From positions 64,001-128,000 of the forward strand of contig CAWCKW010000003.1 of the NCBI GenBank assembly GCA_963796285.1: a stretch of DNA of 64,000 nucleotides. The letters are read 5' to 3'. Position 1 is the first letter of the stretch, and each line of letters opens with the position of its first letter. The DNA is from Nitrospirota bacterium (GTDB taxonomy: Bacteria; Nitrospirota; UBA9217). Positions 60,708 to 64,000 of the stretch are shown here, in pieces. The translations under genes were made by a program, and so were the position numbers. The notes under the pieces were generated by a model that did no database searches, was not told the origin of the DNA, and saw nothing but the letters and a program-made list of their open reading frames with translations.

Positions 60708-60912
60708 GCAAAATAAAACAGTCCATTACAGAGCATAGGGAGGTCACTGGGTAGGACGGGTAGAACGCTGCTGGATAAAAGGTTTTCCTTACCGCTGCTC
60801 AAATGCATTTTCCCCAACGCTTGACGTACACGTTTTTCTCGGTGTTCTCTGTGGTAAAAGCTTTTTTGCCTCTATTCGAATTTTTCATCCGGACGAGTCT
60901 GACACAGACCAT

Positions 60913-62181
60913 TCATCTTTGCTTCTCCATCCTGTCTTTTGGTATGAACGGTATCGTCAGCATGCCGGGAATGGTCATCATACAGACAATGATGAAAAAC
61001 ATCCTGTACCCCACCGCCTGCTGCAGCCAGCCGCTCACGAACCCCGGAAGCATCATGCCGAGGGCCATGATTCCCGTCGAGATGGCGTAGTGAGACGTTT
61101 TGAATCTTCCCTGCGCCGAATACATGAGATAGACCGTGAACACGGTGAACCCCAGCCCGTAGCCGAACTGCTCCATCGCCACGAGCGGATATACATAGCC
61201 GATGCCGGGCTGGGCATAGGCCATGTAGACGAAGAACAGGTCCGGCAAATGCATGGCGATCACCATGGGCCAGACGCAGCGCCTGAACCCGAACCGCGAG
61301 ATGAGCCAGCCTCCAAGGATCCCGCCGAAAACCAGACACAGAACACCTGCCGTGCCGTAAACGAGACCGACCTCTTTGGTCGTGAGACCCAGCCCGCCGA
61401 CACCCGAAGCGTCGAGAAGAAAGGGAGAGACCAGTTTCAGGAGCATGGCCTCGCCCAGGCGATAGAACAGGATGAACGCCAGCATCACGCCGACCTTCTC
61501 CTGCCGGAAGTAAGCGCTGAAAACCTCGCCAAATGACGCGGTCCCTTCCATTTCTTTCCCCGGACCACCTCTGTCGGACGCGGGGAACGGGAGCGAAAAT
61601 TTGTGATACACCGCCGCCCCCGCGAAGATCAAGCCGGATGCGACCATGACCGTCGACCAGCTCCGCGCGATATCGTTGCTCGATGTTTCGAGCGTACCCG
61701 CAACGTACACGAGAAATCCGGAGCCGAAGATCATCGCCAGCCGGTAAAACCCGGCCCGGAGGCCTACGAACAGGGCCTGCTCCTTCTCCGTGAGCGCGAG
61801 CATGTAGAACCCGTCCGTAGCGATGTCGTAGGTCGCGGAAATGAAGGCCCCCGCGCAGAACGCTGCCAGGGACAGGAAGAAGAACGCTTCCGTCCTGAGC
61901 GAAAAGGCGATGACGAACATGCAGAGACTCATCGCCGCCTGGGTACTGAGGATCCACTTCCGCTTGGTGGAATACACATCGACAGCCGGCCCCCAGAACA
62001 TCTTGAGGACCCAGGGGAGATAGAGCCAGCTCGTCCAGAAGGCGATGTGGGCATTGTCGATGCCCATGCGCTTGTACAGGATGACCGAGACCGTATTGAT
62101 CAACACGTAGGGGAGGCCTTCGGCAAAGTAGAGCGTGGGAAGATAGGACCAGGGGGTGCGGAAGGTACGTTGTTTTTTCAT
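60913..62181 (-). CDS. ampG: AmpG-family MFS muropeptide permease
   Basis: LYFAEGLP, LPWVLKMFWGP, SATYDIATDG, FYRLGEA, HYAISTG. Confidence 0.85.
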   Translation of the reverse strand: MKKQRTFRTPWSYLPTLYFAEGLPYVLINTVSVILYKRMGIDNAHIAFWTSWLYLPWVLKMFWGPAVDVYSTKRKWILSTQAAMSLCMFVIAFSLRTEAFFFLSLAAFCAGAFISATYDIATDGFYMLALTEKEQALFVGLRAGFYRLAMIFGSGFLVYVAGTLETSSNDIARSWSTVMVASGLIFAGAAVYHKFSLPFPASDRGGPGKEMEGTASFGEVFSAYFRQEKVGVMLAFILFYRLGEAMLLKLVSPFLLDASGVGGLGLTTKEVGLVYGTAGVLCLVFGGILGGWLISRFGFRRCVWPMVIAMHLPDLFFVYMAYAQPGIGYVYPLVAMEQFGYGLGFTVFTVYLMYSAQGRFKTSHYAISTGIMALGMMLPGFVSGWLQQAVGYRMFFIIVCMMTIPGMLTIPFIPKDRMEKQR

Positions 62182-62322
62182 GCAGTAGAGAGTAGCAGAT
62201 TGTCAGAAAAACATCCAGAAAAAACAATTGGTGAGGGCGTGGTGATGTCATTGAAACACGTCATTTATCTTTTAACCGGACCGCCAAGATATCGCAGGTT
62301 TCGAGCGTGCCGCATTGCGCTT

Positions 62323-62769
62323 CTACTCCTTTTTTTCTTTCTTAACTGCCGCTTTTTTCTCTTCTATCGCCTCAACCTTCACCAGGTCCAATGTTTTCTT
62401 TGCATCGGGGACCAACGCGCTGTCCGGATACTGTTCCAGAAATTTTTCCAGCCGCGTTATGGCAGCTTCTCTCTCACCCCTCGCAGCGCGTTCGACGGCC
62501 GCCTTGAACTTCGTCAGCTCTTCTTCCGTCACCAGTTCGTCATCGGTCTTGCCCTTCCAATAAAGCTTGGCGAATGGACCCTCCGTTGCGCCCCGCTCAC
62601 CTGCGACCCCCGCGCTCGGGGGCAACGTCATCTTCGGTACGATCGCTTCGATCTTCTTCTGGATCACCTTGAGCCAGTCCGCAAGGATCAGTCCCTTCTG
62701 TTCCCCGGCCAGGGCCGATGTACAGCACAGGGTGATAATTGTGAAAAAAATTAACAGCCTTTTCAACAT
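62323..62769 (-). CDS. Exported hypothetical protein with a C-terminal TPR-like repeat
   Basis: Signal peptide, AGVAGERG, LYWKGK, LEKFLEQYPDSALVPDA. Confidence 0.75.
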   Translation of the reverse strand: MLKRLLIFFTIITLCCTSALAGEQKGLILADWLKVIQKKIEAIVPKMTLPPSAGVAGERGATEGPFAKLYWKGKTDDELVTEEELTKFKAAVERAARGEREAAITRLEKFLEQYPDSALVPDAKKTLDLVKVEAIEEKKAAVKKEKKE

Positions 62770-62818
62770 TACTCCTTCCTGAGGGGAAACAGGAATCCTG
62801 CTTCGTGTATCTGAGGTA

Positions 62819-64000
62819 TTATTTCACGATCTCCAAACTCTCCGCGAGGTCCGCATACTGCCGCAGGACCCTCGGGTCGATCGCGGCTGCTTCTCGAAAA
62901 AGCTTCTTGGCTTCCTCTTTTTTGCCTGTCTGGAGCAGGGTGCGGGCAAGATTCACCATGATGCCCGGCTCTTCCGCGGATGCCTTGAGCGCCGCCTCAT
63001 AGGCCTGGCGCGCGTCGTCGAACCTGCTCTCCTGGTAGCTGATGTTCCCGATATTATTGAGCGCCAGGGCATTGGTCTTGTCATGGGCCAACATCTTCTG
63101 GAACTGTTCGAGCGCTTCTGAAGTTAGACCGTTCTCCGCGAAGAGGATGCCGAGCTGGGCAAGGGCATTCATGTCGTGGGGATTTTTTTTGAGCATCTCC
63201 CGATAGCCGGCTGAAACGTTCATAAGGCGCTGACGGCCAAGAGTTTCCAGCTCGTCCTTATATGCCTCCTCGATCGCGTCGCGTTTGACTTTCACGCGAA
63301 AGTCCGTTTTCGGGAGCAAGACCGGCATGAACTCTTCCCAGGCCTTCTGTACACTGATGATGTCCACGCTTTTCCTGGCCGACCAATCGCGATATTCCTC
63401 CGCGCCCTTCTGCCATGCCCGGGTGAAGGAGGCTCCCACCATGGTCATCTCCACTGGTATCCAGACCATCCCCTGGCGCAGCACGAGCAGTTCGTCAGGG
63501 AACCCGAGCGTCATCTTGTCCTTCTCAAGAACGCCGGTGTCGATCATCACGAACAGGTGGCCCGGGACTTTTACGAATGCGGTCCCGATACCGATGTTCT
63601 CCATGCATGCCGCGAACAGGACCGAGAGGTCGTCGCAATCTCCGCTTTTTCTCGAGAGCGTATCTCCGGGGAACTGCAGGTAGTCAACCGCCGATGCGTT
63701 ATCGGAAAACTCCGTGAACGGGCTCGTGGGGTCTACAAGGTACTTGAGCCCCAGAACACCCAGCGCATCGAAGATGCCCCTCGCATTTACGATAGACCGC
63801 GGCACATTCGGGTAAGCATCAATATACTGCTGGACCACCAGCCTGCTGAAGCCCGCCACCACGGGGGCCTTGTGCGTTACGAACGCGCCGAGCTTTGCCT
63901 TCCGATCCCACCGCATCGCGTGCCGCTCAAAGAGGATTAACGGGAAGCTCCTCTTCACAGTCCTGGGCTCGCCCCCATCATTTACGGTGAGCGTCACTTC
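62819..64000 (-). CDS. Transglutaminase-like domain plus TPR protein, C-terminal part (5' end outside the window)
   Basis: DYLQFPGDTL..SGDCDD, VPGHLF, WIPVEMT, then TPRs (ALNNIGNI, MVNLARTL). Confidence 0.8.
   Translation of the reverse strand, partial: EVTLTVNDGGEPRTVKRSFPLILFERHAMRWDRKAKLGAFVTHKAPVVAGFSRLVVQQYIDAYPNVPRSIVNARGIFDALGVLGLKYLVDPTSPFTEFSDNASAVDYLQFPGDTLSRKSGDCDDLSVLFAACMENIGIGTAFVKVPGHLFVMIDTGVLEKDKMTLGFPDELLVLRQGMVWIPVEMTMVGASFTRAWQKGAEEYRDWSARKSVDIISVQKAWEEFMPVLLPKTDFRVKVKRDAIEEAYKDELETLGRQRLMNVSAGYREMLKKNPHDMNALAQLGILFAENGLTSEALEQFQKMLAHDKTNALALNNIGNISYQESRFDDARQAYEAALKASAEEPGIMVNLARTLLQTGKKEEAKKLFREAAAIDPRVLRQYADLAESLEIVK

Overview
Bacterial chromosomal DNA, GC-rich in genes and AT-rich between them. 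Gene content (AhbD, Re-citrate synthase, SgmX-like TPR protein, sigma-54 elements) suggests Nitrospirota or a deltaproteobacteria-like anaerobe; that assignment is inference. From left to right the window holds: a truncated PAS sensor; a Re-citrate synthase-Cache fusion; a def-fmt-DUF116-rsmB-PASTA-rpe operon; a large TPR protein; and glnB-glnA. Next is a potassium island: a small kdpZ-like ORF, kdpFABC, an exported protein and a porin, then kdpDE and a KimA/YdaO-like transporter. A convergent metal-uptake operon (outer-membrane receptor, ZnuABC-type ABC, orphan CbiM) interrupts that island and is headed by a leaderless His/CxxC/RGPP DUF2946-type uORF, probably a metal-sensing ribosome-arrest leader. 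Housekeeping genes follow (dusB, yajD, rfbD, uup, nitroreductase), then an InlB-repeat/beta-propeller lipoprotein and a small low-GC islet with attC-like sites but no integrase. The right part has arfB, an ABC exporter, rsmE, greB, an Rsm22-like methyltransferase, USP, ahbD, tandem YtxH, sodC, YihY, clsB, nagA, a His-rich ribbon-helix-helix protein, an AEC transporter, ampG and a transglutaminase-like/TPR gene cut by the edge. At least ten genes, including fmt, carry single-base frameshifts, most likely long-read indel errors. Several families of empty inverted-repeat elements sit in intergenic spacers, and many genes look leaderless. I saw no tRNA, rRNA, CRISPR array or transposase.
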